Virus record (IMG/VR): IMGVR_UViG_3300022227_000002 | Span: 20,088 to 84,087 of that record | Strand: one strand, 5' to 3' | Length of the DNA stretch: 64,000 nucleotides | Source: a virus | Part shown: positions 20,401-28,049 of the stretch, piece after piece | How the letters are laid out: each line of letters starts with the position of its first letter | Position numbering within the stretch: position 1 is the first letter of the stretch | The notes under the pieces: model-generated | The model's input: the letters and a program-made list of their open reading frames with translations, nothing else | Database searches by the model: none | What the model was told of the DNA's origin: nothing | Position numbers and translations under genes: made by a program

Positions 20401-23100
20401 ACTTATGTTAATAAATTAGATACAACTAAAGATTATAACAGATATATAGGACATATTAAATTTATTTCACCACCTGCTAATTTACATTCTATTAAAATAG
20501 AATATATGATAGATGCATCTAAATTACAAGCACAAGATAGAATTAATCTTTTCTATACACCAGCGTCAGGAATGCCGGGTAAAGAATTAGCTCAAATTTT
20601 AGATGGAATAGATTATGGTGGAGTTGAAGTTAGAAGTTTAGGGTTTGATACTGCAACTGGTTGGGACACAGAATCATACATGGCAGGTTCTTGGGATACC
20701 TATGATGCAACTTTTGAAGATGAAATTTTAAAAATGGATGGTAGTACTAATTCACTTACATTAAGCAAAGCACTAGAAGATGGTATAGTTTATAACATTT
20801 ATAAAAATGCAATAAGAATAGATGATCCTAACTATGGAACAGGAAATACTGTAACAAATAAAAATGCAATGATGCAAAGTGTTACAGGTGATGGTTCGAC
20901 AATGACTATTACATTTGATACTGTACCAACAGTAGCTGGTGATCTAATTGTAGTTAGAAAATCTACTAGTGATGGTAGCTTCTTACCTGATCCAGAAGCT
21001 TATGATACTTTATTAACAGGCGGTGATTTAACTTATTCAACTGCATCAGGATTAAAAGCAGAAGACATTATAGTAGAAGGAGATGATTTTGTATCGCATA
21101 CAACTTCAAAAGGTCCAGAAGAATTTATACCAGGACAAGTACTTGATACTTTAGACATTCAAGTATTTGACAAAGGTGGAGAATCAGGAAGTAGAATTAG
21201 TAGTTACAATCATACAGGAGATGGTGTTACTACAAATTATCCATTTAGCGAATATCCACAAAGTTCAGATGCAGTATTTGTTTCAGTAGGTAATGTTTTA
21301 CAAGAATCTAATACTTATGTTGTGGACTATCCAAATAAATTATTGAAATTTAATAGTGCTCCTATATTAAATTCTAAAATTAATTTTGTGACTATGAGTA
21401 ATAATGGAGAAAAAGTTTTAGACTTTGATACATTTACAGGAGATGGAAGTACTTTAGATTATGTAACAAGAGCAACATGGATTAATAATAGTATAAACAC
21501 GTTTGTAAGAGTAAATGGTTTATCTGCTTCATACACTATTTTAGAATCAGATAGTTCTTATGCTGTACAAGGCAAAGTTGTTGTAAGATTTGCAGATGCA
21601 CCTCCGGCAGATTCAGTTGTTAATATAGTTGTATACGCAAGTGCTAGTCAAACATTTAGTGAAGTTACTGAAGATAATTTTACAGGAGATGGAAGTACGG
21701 CTTCATTCCAATTAAGTCAAACGCCATTTAATCAAAAACCTTTATCATTTAATACAGTTGTTAGAGTAGGCAGTGAAGTTTTAAATGCAGGATTTACTAA
21801 AACATTTACATTAGATAATAATAGAGAATATGAATTTGAAACTTGGCAAGAAATTCCGGGATCAATACTTCCTGCAGATGTAAGAGCATTTTTAAATGGA
21901 GTAGAATTAATACAAAGTCAACAATATACTTGGAACTCAGGTACTACTAGTATAACACTTGTAACTGGAGTAGGTGTTCCTGGTGATATTTTAAAAGTAT
22001 TTGCTATGAGTAATGGTCAATATACTTTAAATGAAACAACAGGAATGATTACATTTAGTACTGCTCCAAGCCAAGGATTAACTATTTCAGTTTACCAATT
22101 TAGTAATCATGATATAGCAAAAATAGAAAGAATTAATTATGATGTTGTTGCAAGATTAACTGTAACTGTAGGTACAGATGATTATTATATGTACAAACAA
22201 TTAACTAATGGACTTATTAAATTAAGACAATTAGCCGAAGATGCTCAATATGTTTGGGTAACTCTTAATGGAGAATTATTAGCTCCTAGTGTAGACTACA
22301 AGGTTACAAATGATCAAATGTATTTGAAAATAAACAGATCATTGGCTACAAATGATGTTATAGATATTATACACTTTACAGCACCTAAATTTGTATCTAA
22401 ATTTGGTTATAGACAATTTAAAGATATGATGAATAAAACTCACTACAAACGTTTAGGTAATAATAACAAATATCAATTAGCAACTTCGCTTAAATGGACA
22501 GATCAAGAATTAGAATTAACAGATGCAACAGGTATAACAGAACCTAGTATAGCAAATAATATTCCTGGAGTATTGTTTATTGATGGGGAAAGATTAGAAT
22601 ATTTTGTTAAAGTAGGTAATATACTTTCACAACTTAGACGAGGAACATATGGAACAGGAGTAAAAGATACGCATATTGTAGGTGAAGAAGTATTAGATCA
22701 AGGACAGTTTCAAAATGTACCTTATAAAGATGAATTTTTAACTGAACAATATACAGCAGATGGTAGCACTAATGCAATTACTATTGGATTTACTCCTAAA
22801 TCTGCTAACGAATTTGAACTATTTGTAGGTGGTAAAAGGATGAGAAAGAATGATATTTCTGTATATGACCCAACACAAGGTCAAGATAGTCCTGAAGCCG
22901 ATGTTACTTCCCCTGCAGAATTTACTGTAGACGGTATAAGCCCAGTTGTAACACTTACAACAACACCTATAGCTGGCACAAAAATAATAACTATAAGAAA
23001 ACAAGGTAAAAAATGGCAATCTGGCATTAAACCATTAAGTCAATCAGACAATGATATTGCTAGATTCTTGCGACAAAAAGAACTGGCTTTGCCGCAATAA
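8428..23100 (+). CDS. Giant (4,890 aa) baseplate-wedge/adhesin-like virion protein with FG-GAP-type propeller blades, CBM5/12-like repeats and (T/A)GDGS repeats
   Basis: Uninterrupted ORF coupled to gp6 (TAATG). Blades such as FGSSVAISPDGKYILVGSP and FANSVAISEDGSMLAIGSP; GxGY..P.V.I.GG.G.GA modules; five [TA]DG[SV]T repeats near the C-terminus. Confidence 0.6.
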   Translation: MAYDKDQKEFPLPAGDESNSLRKTSEFLPRYFRTPVNEKFLHSTLDQLLSPGSVQKLTAYYGRKSSKAHTTSDVYVPEVSADRENYKLEPSTLIKDNLEQTVFHKDYIDYINQIKALGGNADDHSILNKQEFYAWSPHICWDKFYNFREYYWMPYGPLTISIAGQQQNITSTYTVEVKNNVDSYAYLFTPDGLTQNPNLKLYRGQTYIFDVSTAGLPFTIKTVRSLSDDYLYTNGVSAQKVESGLVAFQVPESAPDLLYYGASNDINVFGELRIHNISENTYINVDTDVIGKKTYTLTDGTELSNGMKVHFTGNVTPTKYASDDWYVEGVGTAIQLINEKDLEISSIYSQTFDVPFDTQKFDRVGFGTATTYAIAKDYVVINKGSLDKNPWSRYNRWTHKSVIESSAKVNQEIPTFDESLRAKRPVIEFEAGLKLHEYGTKAKDSIDLIDTATTDVMSTIEGSIGYYVDGTLLVEGMRVLFTADTDLTVNNKIYTVKIITITSNGVATKQIALQEAADTTPNTNDVVLIKNGTKNIGKMYYYDGSKWKITQSKTKVNQSPLFDLFDSNGISYANTTTYTSTNFPGNKIFSYKEGTGTNDTELGFPLTYQSVTNMGDIVFNFNLINETFSYQTADTLTTIDTNTGLLRKYSDLATFKVISGWETADVKSSQRVIRQYDVSTQVNDFAVDVYERSGDINDLSVKVFVNHKIKRDTIDYAINRINGIAYIRFTKDLIAGDIVILKTKSATKKNTNGYYEFPKNLESNPLNNKVSTFTLGQVGDHVNSIVEEVPGFIGVSPGSNNLRDLGIISKYGRKFLQHSGLTNLAIYHLCNKENNIVKAIRYSQNEYGKFKRQFIEQAKNLGMDGTPANMVDEVLRRINKDKTKSMPFYFTDMVGAGGSKKTSITVGDPGNPYYALTNTFSLSELSDKSVLVYKNDVQLLHDTDYVFNSEGFIQIKTTLLKNDKLAIVEYDTTNGSYIPATPTKLGLYPKSVPSIYSDTTAITPINVIQGHDGSIEVAYNDYRDDILLELEKRIYNNLKVAYDDEVFDLHDFIPGHYRKTDYSLDAINKSLLVDFTNWLSFVGNIDYTENTYQTTHGSDPFVFNYGSMSSYDSKPLLGWWRGIYKQAYDTDRPHSHPWEILGFAEKPTWFDTVYGSAPYTSDNLILWQDLQDGAIREPNKNVVIKDNYKRPDLLKHIPVNSLGLLISPHDSNFSQEYVAHLTRDPFKFGDHAPVENAWRRSSDYPFAVMTSWILNQPSHAITVGWDRSRVIRNTAKQLVYKDTGSRIKLADLKFPNSISDENKVLTAGFVNYIYEYVETDLLTNYSDYRDNVKKIINQLAFKVRGYTKKDKFKLLLDSRTPLNTSNVFVPDENYDVILNTSSPIDVVTYSGIIIEKLAAGFTIKGYDKNAPTLKYFAPIKKQADPVIRIGGISSSFVNWGENKRYDVGMIAKFGDDYYSTKDQHISSTTFDGTKFIKLQELPIEGGASAYLRNNFETTISEIAYGSLFREIQDVFDFILGYGKYLESLGFIFDEFNKDIRAVANWQLSAKEFLYWTTQGWAEGSIISLSPLANKLKLKTKYCVGDNVFDNFYDYTLFKEDGTKLDKEFVRIVKQYNDYEIITKNTVNGIYYAKIPLVQKEHVVLMDNKTIFSDIIYDVESGYRQDRIKVLGYVTADWTGGLSIPGFIYDQANIIEWSPYTDYVMSDIVKHKEFYYTAKNKIKGSATFIDADWDRLDNKPKPDLLPNFEYKTNQFADFFDLDTDNFDSTQQRMAQHLIGYQKRQFLQNIINDDVSQYKFYQGYIQEKGTKNVLTKLFDALSSADKESVDFFEEWAIRKGHYGVSQGFEEVEYTLDDSKFRSNPQPFELTNTIDPLATDLVIRQKDSDVYLKPENYTHKPFPTKYESIPYLPTAGYVDPSDVKFIVAKYDDILNLDVAELKQGHYVWVGNYKNDWEVFKFSNTQAKLSKIEKSGDLILVTTQNTANVTVGEVFAIRVGTVTHILKANKIELNVITCDKKEGVTAVDPATGYISQFKTSRIASITDVNAKIMDSGLQDNEKFWVDKNDNNKWSVLNNSFVYSSHQEISNPNSIANTEFGKVLASNDANNILVVGAPNDSDGKVFVYKRGGDNSTFNLFQVLETPPEDPALNKLDVFDAGAKFGSSVAISPDGKYILVGSPQASNVRTYYKGNYAVGTPYTIEDIIKYKEQLWKVVNPILPEDPSVDFTTFDSHVFAKESTYDSVTGNYTPLTQIILGNYIFTNATTDHLLIRASLDQYQGTKIGDKLQLAWNEWNTFVPPSGTAYEPFNGYNADVTNALQGEQTITEKVDEILSIDQTLNDLTVGDAIATDSADGTVAWVNKVGTQSLIYLKDVKGNFSATGDLLLGSINVGTYQRVFQEDINYLGGWWKISIGATVNNWPYISETNPYLVIYDIIRQGITRTALSYYNALSATQNAVLPGVPRTSEIGILSYYKTYSIAGQPVFQGLVTDQRFFFRLGTAFNTKVAGNTINGWLNTIRDSNNTVFDPGVMGLNFSDINKELTISGIWNGYITVDAEADNLGNFYIPTVGSTVRDQTTMKTAEVTFVKTIDFNKIQLFLKDATGAFKKGLDAGESSDIYLIGTPDRKIGTLRDARLDVNGQSGPYFVFDSGKTLISTTNTDIEVRHFDKEYWFYDEQTLDGIARSANIPGGTNKDYLQVYNISAGEGTQSGNVNEGAYSVYEIGTNNLFAHAGTFIVPDTKDNLKVGSKIEIRKVGDETVAYVGASGDLSSATPGKIYFVKRSTTKNWALSTNPLYMGVFDPALSYATGEYTIYNSELYKAKTNLVAGAWNSSYWEKQSTGTDYLGYIPNDSGITLEGDSTLNQSNLVMFGDQFDVNSTGTILVTNLLYSTDAQKVAVYRLQEGHYTYSQTITSPEDSSPNINFANSVAISEDGSMLAIGSPLKDFANAVDAGVVYTYLQASGVYSLNQNLRSPDSENSENFGHQLGFDGNTLAVTSLKGDITVTTAFDTETTIFDTGATTFYKVMSDSGAVHLFERSGNTLLYAEKFVYTNDGAVEFGRNTLINDNHVYIGLPTLTLANSNKGTVVNFRKTKGKSSWMQTVEGADHVEVDKIKSVFIYNKKNNSVVANLDYIDPVLGKIAGTAEQELYYKTHYDPAIYNLGTSSVTVDTNNHWAEEQVGRLWWDLSTVRYYYPYQGNIIFNNNHWNKQFIGSSVDVYEWVETTYKPSVWTKLSDSGEGLALGVSGAPKYDDTVYVTRNTYDKIAQATKPKYYYWVKNKQTTPDVEFRSLSSLAVSQLIDDPKGQGYKYITFFDSNKFALVNCESLLSNSDAILNVRYWTIENKELNIHNEYQVMTEGLSTSKPSSEIEKVWHNSLIGYDEQGNAVPDPNLSNKLKYGTLYKPRQSWFDNHQEALKQLVERTNSVLKLNLIVDKVDLTNLSKAEIQPTANTKLFDKTVDVVGDLAFVGTNTIKKAELLPTIVNGKITAVTILSGGKGYATVPTFEISGDSGSGAVIELTIDASGQVDTAIVKVNGEGYTSNTKVVVRPYSVLVKSDAELGGKWAIYGYDTSLSTWSRTASQKYNTDLYWSYIDWYDVGYNQFTSIDYTVSQSYLLDSLSDEIGDIVKIENVGTGGWLLLEKIDNQLNVDYTVNYKTIGRENGTIAFKNTLYDFGSNTVGYASTSYDTVLYDRQPVQETRIILEALRDKIFINDLEVHYNELFFASLRYALSENKLTDWAFKTSFIKIKHNAGDLKQKVTYKNDNLSNFEDYIKETKPYKTNIREYVSSYENVTPSSSVITDFDLPASYDDQNKIVPSSAKFVGTALTGTSTIVNYPDKHWLENVGFKITSFNIGDKGSGYITPPAVSITGGGGTGAIAQAYISSGKVTAIKIVNEGLGYLTAPTVTLQGGIKDVTTGTVAKVSAVLGKSLVKVTHLTVKFDRTSGTYLITSLARTETFAGNNSVLDYYLKWPIDLRRNTIKVTVNNIESLSSEYTYVNKLDTTKDYNRYIGHIKFISPPANLHSIKIEYMIDASKLQAQDRINLFYTPASGMPGKELAQILDGIDYGGVEVRSLGFDTATGWDTESYMAGSWDTYDATFEDEILKMDGSTNSLTLSKALEDGIVYNIYKNAIRIDDPNYGTGNTVTNKNAMMQSVTGDGSTMTITFDTVPTVAGDLIVVRKSTSDGSFLPDPEAYDTLLTGGDLTYSTASGLKAEDIIVEGDDFVSHTTSKGPEEFIPGQVLDTLDIQVFDKGGESGSRISSYNHTGDGVTTNYPFSEYPQSSDAVFVSVGNVLQESNTYVVDYPNKLLKFNSAPILNSKINFVTMSNNGEKVLDFDTFTGDGSTLDYVTRATWINNSINTFVRVNGLSASYTILESDSSYAVQGKVVVRFADAPPADSVVNIVVYASASQTFSEVTEDNFTGDGSTASFQLSQTPFNQKPLSFNTVVRVGSEVLNAGFTKTFTLDNNREYEFETWQEIPGSILPADVRAFLNGVELIQSQQYTWNSGTTSITLVTGVGVPGDILKVFAMSNGQYTLNETTGMITFSTAPSQGLTISVYQFSNHDIAKIERINYDVVARLTVTVGTDDYYMYKQLTNGLIKLRQLAEDAQYVWVTLNGELLAPSVDYKVTNDQMYLKINRSLATNDVIDIIHFTAPKFVSKFGYRQFKDMMNKTHYKRLGNNNKYQLATSLKWTDQELELTDATGITEPSIANNIPGVLFIDGERLEYFVKVGNILSQLRRGTYGTGVKDTHIVGEEVLDQGQFQNVPYKDEFLTEQYTADGSTNAITIGFTPKSANEFELFVGGKRMRKNDISVYDPTQGQDSPEADVTSPAEFTVDGISPVVTLTTTPIAGTKIITIRKQGKKWQSGIKPLSQSDNDIARFLRQKELALPQ

Positions 23101-23103
23101 ATA
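23098..23103 (+). promoter_or_regulatory. Late promoter core TAAATA upstream of the 203-aa structural gene
   Basis: gcaaTAAATAcacataagaactGGAGcgtaaATG. Confidence 0.55.
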
Positions 23104-23124
23104 CACATAAGAACTGGAGCGTAA

Positions 23125-23736
23125 ATGAACAATATTAAAGAAAACAGCGGCGTACTACTTCAAGGACATATTAAGATCCATGATCCGGAATCGGGCCATG
23201 TATTTGTTAGTAAAAGAAACGCCATACACTATGAAAATATGAGTCAAGCCTTAGCAGATAGTCTTGCTAATGCTGGACAAGGATTTATAAATTCTATGGT
23301 ATTTGGTAATGGAGGAACGTCCATCGATCCAACTGGTATTATTACATATCTAACGCCTAATTCAACAGGAACTAATGCTAGTCTATATAATCAAACATTT
23401 ACTAAAATAGTTGATGATAGATCAGTATCAAATCTTGATCCATTAAGAAATAAACTTGAAACAAGACACGTTAATGGAACAAATTATACAGATGTATTGG
23501 TTACTTGTTTGTTAGATTATGGTGAACCAAGTGGACAAGATGCAGTAGATAATTCTAGTAATGTAGACGGATTATACGTATTTGACGAATTAGGTTTAGT
23601 AAGTTACTCCCCTAGTGGTACTGGAAATCTACTTACTCATGTAATATTCCATCCTGTCCAAAAAAGTTTAAACAGATTAATCCAAATAGATTATACTGTT
23701 AGAGTACAAAGTTTGACAGGATTTAACGAGGGGTAA
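23125..23736 (+). CDS. Putative virion structural protein (baseplate/fibre attachment)
   Basis: 203 aa, GGAG SD; lies between the giant wedge gene and the fibre genes; ends FDELGL...LLTHVIFHPVQKSLNRLIQIDYTVR. Confidence 0.5.
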   Translation: MNNIKENSGVLLQGHIKIHDPESGHVFVSKRNAIHYENMSQALADSLANAGQGFINSMVFGNGGTSIDPTGIITYLTPNSTGTNASLYNQTFTKIVDDRSVSNLDPLRNKLETRHVNGTNYTDVLVTCLLDYGEPSGQDAVDNSSNVDGLYVFDELGLVSYSPSGTGNLLTHVIFHPVQKSLNRLIQIDYTVRVQSLTGFNEG

Positions 23737-23739
23737 TAG

Positions 23740-25746
23740 ATGTCATATACTGTTAATTTTTCTGATAGCGTAAGCAAAGGCAGTATTACTGTAGAAGATA
23801 ATACGGTCAATCAAGAAACGAGTATATCGTTACCGGGAAAATCCACGACTTCATATGGAACTGTAATAGCTGAAAACTTTTTACATTTATTAGAAAATTT
23901 TGCAAAAAGTTCTGCTCCAGTAAGACCTATCGAAGGTCAATTATGGTTTGATACTACAGTTGGAACTAATCAATTAAAAGTTTATGATGGAACTAATTGG
24001 GTAGCAAGTGGAGGTTTAAAAAAAGCATTAAACCAACCAGCGGCTAGTGAAAGTATTACAGGCGATCTTTGGGTTGATACAGATAATCAACAATTATATC
24101 TTTTTACAGGAACAGGTTGGATTTTAATAGGTCCAGATTATAGTTCAGGTTTATCAACAGGAGCAAAACCTTTAACTATTACAGGTACCGATGACGTTTC
24201 ACATACAGTTGTACAATTAGAAGTTAATGCTAAACCAATTGCCATTATAGCAACAGATTCATTTACACCTAAGTCAACTATTACTGGATTTTCAATGGTA
24301 TTTCCAGGATTCAATTTAAGTACAGCAGATATTACAGGTGCAGGTGTAGGAAAATTTTATGGAACTGCCGAGAAGGCAGAAAATCTTATAGTAGGTACAA
24401 CATCAGTTGCCGCAAGTAATTTTTTAAGAGCGGACACAACTAATATTGCAAATTTCCAACTTAAAGTTAAAAATGATTCAGGAATTGAAGTAGGCTCTAG
24501 CGGAACGTTTTCTGTAGGAGTTGAAGGACAAGCAGGAATAGTAGAACATAAAACATCAGGTTCACATATAGATTTTAGAGTTAATAATCAAGGCACAACA
24601 ACTGCTATAATGAGATTAGACTCTTCTTCTAACGTAGGAATTAATAATTTAGCTCCAACAGAAGCATTAGATGTAATAGGTAATATTAAATCAAGTGCTA
24701 ATGTACTTGCAGATGGTACTACAGATGCAACGTCAATAGGAACAGGTTCTTTAATTGTTAAAGGAGGAGCCGGTGTTGCCAAAAGTCTTTACGTAGGTAC
24801 TGATCTTAATGTTGCAGGAGGAGTTACAGCAGGTTCAATTGTACCAACTGCTAATAATACAGATAGTTTAGGAGCAACTAACAATCAATATTTAAATGTT
24901 TATGCTAATAATTTTGTAGGAAATTTTACAGGTAACGTTAGTGGTACAGTTAGCGGAACTGCAGGTTCATCTAATAAATTATCTACAGCAACTACTTTTG
25001 CAATGACTGGAGATGTTTCAGCAACATCATTATCTTTTGATGGTCAAACAGGTGGAACTACAAAAACTTTTAATACTACAGTAAGCAATAGTTTTATTGC
25101 AGATAAAACATTAACAACTACACCACAATCAACAGATGAAATTATAATTAATCGAACTACAGGATCAACAGGTGTCTATAAAATTTCAGCAGATCAATTT
25201 TTATCTTTTGTAGCAACACCACCAGTAGGATCTATTATGTCTTACGGAGGAGCTAATGCTCCAACAGGTTGGGTATTATGTGATGGTAACGAAATTTCTA
25301 GATCAACATATGCATCTTTATATGCAGTAATAGGAACTCAATTTGGAACACCTAGTAATGCTAGTTTGTTTAAAGTTCCAGATTTAAGAGGAAGATTCCC
25401 ATTAGGTGCAGATAACATGGGTGGTACAAGTGCTGGGCGTGTAACTGATATGACAGCAGATAATTTAGCAGGATACAGTGGTACTGAAACAAAAACACTT
25501 ATTTCTGATAATTTACCAGATCACCAACACGATATGAAATCAACTAATAATGATCAATTTTATGGAATTAGAAATATAACAGCAACGCCTTCAGATCCAG
25601 CAGTAATTGTATATGACGGACCAACAGGTTCTAATACAGCTCAAGCAATGCCTAATTCAGGCGGAGTAGATGGAACTGTAGGACAGTCGTTTAGTGTTAT
25701 GAATCCATACTTAACAATTAACTATATAATTTTTACAGGAGTTTAG
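23740..25746 (+). CDS. Tail fibre / short-fibre protein with C-terminal phage tail-collar domain
   Basis: C-terminal PPVGSIMSYGGANAPTGWVLCDGNEISRSTYASLYAVIGTQFG...FKVPDLRGRFPLG is the tail-collar signature; N-terminal ENFLHLLENFA...GQLWFD is shared with the two following genes. Confidence 0.8.
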   Translation: MSYTVNFSDSVSKGSITVEDNTVNQETSISLPGKSTTSYGTVIAENFLHLLENFAKSSAPVRPIEGQLWFDTTVGTNQLKVYDGTNWVASGGLKKALNQPAASESITGDLWVDTDNQQLYLFTGTGWILIGPDYSSGLSTGAKPLTITGTDDVSHTVVQLEVNAKPIAIIATDSFTPKSTITGFSMVFPGFNLSTADITGAGVGKFYGTAEKAENLIVGTTSVAASNFLRADTTNIANFQLKVKNDSGIEVGSSGTFSVGVEGQAGIVEHKTSGSHIDFRVNNQGTTTAIMRLDSSSNVGINNLAPTEALDVIGNIKSSANVLADGTTDATSIGTGSLIVKGGAGVAKSLYVGTDLNVAGGVTAGSIVPTANNTDSLGATNNQYLNVYANNFVGNFTGNVSGTVSGTAGSSNKLSTATTFAMTGDVSATSLSFDGQTGGTTKTFNTTVSNSFIADKTLTTTPQSTDEIIINRTTGSTGVYKISADQFLSFVATPPVGSIMSYGGANAPTGWVLCDGNEISRSTYASLYAVIGTQFGTPSNASLFKVPDLRGRFPLGADNMGGTSAGRVTDMTADNLAGYSGTETKTLISDNLPDHQHDMKSTNNDQFYGIRNITATPSDPAVIVYDGPTGSNTAQAMPNSGGVDGTVGQSFSVMNPYLTINYIIFTGV

Positions 25747-25747
25747 G

Positions 25748-28030
25748 ATGGGGTATAAACTTAATAAAACAGATGGAAGTTTATTAGTAGATCTAATCGA
25801 TGGTCAAATCGATACTACATCTAGCGACTTAACTTTAATTGGCAGAAATTATACTGGCTTTGGTGAAGTATTAAATGAAAACTTTATCAAAGTATTAGAA
25901 AATTTTGCTAATACAACTGCTCCTGCAAATCCTATCAAAGGACAACTTTGGTATGACTCTTCAGAAAATAAATTAAAAATTTATAATGGAACAGCTTTTG
26001 TATCCGGTGGTGGAACAACTGTTGCAACTACACAACCTAATATGATTGCAGGTGATCTATGGATTGATAGTTCTAAGCAACAAATGTATTTCTTTGATGG
26101 AACAGCTCTTAAATTAGTTGGTCCAGATTATTCACTTGCACAAGGTACATCGGGTTGGGAAGTAATATCAGTTTTAGATACACAAAATCAAACAAGAACT
26201 GTTATTAAGTTTTCTATTCAAGGTTCACTTGTAGGTGCTTGGGCTAATGTAGATTTTACACCAGTACCAACACAACAAATAACAGAACTAGTTAATGCAA
26301 GTACTAATCCTAATGGTGCAATATACAAAGGCTTTAATGCTGTACAAGATTCTTTTATATATAGAGGCGTAGTTTCTAAAGCACAAAATTTAACTAATGC
26401 GGCAGGTACAGCAAGAACCGGTGATCAATATTTGTTTGCAGATGTTGATGATACAACAACAGGTTCAATAACTGTTCAAAATAATGCAGGAGTTATTGTT
26501 GGTTTAAACAATAACACTCAATTAAAATTTGATTTAAACGCATTTACTATAGAAAACGTATTAACTAATCAAGATTTTAATTTTAAAGTACGTAATCCTA
26601 CATCAACATCTGCAATTAAAGTAGATGCCACAAATAGCTATGTAGGAATATTTCAAGCAACGCCAACTAAAACACTTGACGTAGGTGGTGACGTAAACAT
26701 TTCAGGAAACCTAACAGTAAGCGGAACACAAACTAATATTTCTGTTACTAATTTACAAGTTAAAGATAAAAATATTGAATTAGCAATAGATGATGCAGGA
26801 GTTTTTGGAGATGACACTGCGGCAAATGAAGGTGGAATAATTCTTAAATCCACTGGAGGTGATAAACAATTTATTTGGTCAGATGGTACAGATAGTTGGA
26901 CGTCAACAGAAAATATAGATTTAGCAGTAGGAAAAACATTTAAAGTTAATACAAATATTGTATTATCAGAAACTACATTAGGATCTCAAGTAGCAAATTC
27001 ATCTTTAACAAATTTAGGAACGTTAACTGCACTTCAAGTTGATGAAATAATAATAGATGGTTTAACTATTGAAGCAGATAGTAGTAATGCATCAAACAAA
27101 ATTCAACTTAAAAGTCCTCAACCTATTACAATTATGGATAGCCAAAGAATTACAGGACTTGGCACACCAGCAGATCCATCCGATGCAGTAACTAAAGCAT
27201 ATGTAGACGGAAGTGTATCTGTTGGAATAGAATTAGATATTTCTGGACAAGGTTCAGGAACTACTTTATGGAATTGGATATGTAAAGTATTAGAAGATTT
27301 ATATCCTGCAAAAGGATATTCAGCATTGAGTAACCCTAATGCTTGGGCCACTTATGCTCAACCAAACGGTGAACCACCTTTAAACACAAATGTTACGGCG
27401 GCTAATGCCGTTCCAATTGGATCTAAATCTCATGGAGTATTAGCAAGAGTTCGTACAGTTGATTATGGATCAGGCGGAGCAGTATCGGGTATTAATGTAG
27501 AAGGTGTAAAATTAATAGACTATTCACCAGTTGATCAAACAGTTACAGCCGCACAAAGAACTATTAATGCAGTTGTAACAGGAGTAGATGATAATAGTTT
27601 GTTACAAACAACTAAACTTACTATGACAGTCTCTCACTATTATGAGGCAGGTCAGGCAGTTGTAGTTACAGGAACAACGTTTGGAGCGGGCCCTGTTGCA
27701 AACATTGATGGTAATTATACTGTAATAGCGGCAGAATTTATTGCAGAAGCACCTAATTACATTTCACTGACTATTGATTTAGATAGTAGTGCTACTACAG
27801 GATTAAACTTTGCAGGTGGTAATTATAATGCTAATAGTGGAACAATTGAAAGAACACCTGTTGTAGGTAACGCAAATAAACAAGTTGTAGAAGATATTAC
27901 ATTTTCAACTGCTTCAGGAAACATAGGATTTACACCAACAAGAGCTTTATTACAGTTTATAGTTAATGACCCTAATGGTAATGGTACAGGAGCATGGGAA
28001 TACGATAGAACACTTACACACTCTACGTAA
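25748..28030 (+). CDS. Tail fibre/baseplate protein, paralog 2
   Basis: Shares the N-terminal module (LIGRNYTGFGEVLNENFIKVLENFA...GQLWYD...GDLWID) with its neighbours; Gly/Thr-rich beta-repeat body. Confidence 0.65.
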   Translation: MGYKLNKTDGSLLVDLIDGQIDTTSSDLTLIGRNYTGFGEVLNENFIKVLENFANTTAPANPIKGQLWYDSSENKLKIYNGTAFVSGGGTTVATTQPNMIAGDLWIDSSKQQMYFFDGTALKLVGPDYSLAQGTSGWEVISVLDTQNQTRTVIKFSIQGSLVGAWANVDFTPVPTQQITELVNASTNPNGAIYKGFNAVQDSFIYRGVVSKAQNLTNAAGTARTGDQYLFADVDDTTTGSITVQNNAGVIVGLNNNTQLKFDLNAFTIENVLTNQDFNFKVRNPTSTSAIKVDATNSYVGIFQATPTKTLDVGGDVNISGNLTVSGTQTNISVTNLQVKDKNIELAIDDAGVFGDDTAANEGGIILKSTGGDKQFIWSDGTDSWTSTENIDLAVGKTFKVNTNIVLSETTLGSQVANSSLTNLGTLTALQVDEIIIDGLTIEADSSNASNKIQLKSPQPITIMDSQRITGLGTPADPSDAVTKAYVDGSVSVGIELDISGQGSGTTLWNWICKVLEDLYPAKGYSALSNPNAWATYAQPNGEPPLNTNVTAANAVPIGSKSHGVLARVRTVDYGSGGAVSGINVEGVKLIDYSPVDQTVTAAQRTINAVVTGVDDNSLLQTTKLTMTVSHYYEAGQAVVVTGTTFGAGPVANIDGNYTVIAAEFIAEAPNYISLTIDLDSSATTGLNFAGGNYNANSGTIERTPVVGNANKQVVEDITFSTASGNIGFTPTRALLQFIVNDPNGNGTGAWEYDRTLTHST

Positions 28031-28037
28031 AAAAGGA

Positions 28038-28043
28038 TAAATA
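28038..28043 (+). promoter_or_regulatory. Late promoter core TAAATA
   Basis: aaaaggaTAAATAtttaaaATG, 6 nt before the start codon. Confidence 0.5.
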
Positions 28044-28049
28044 TTTAAA

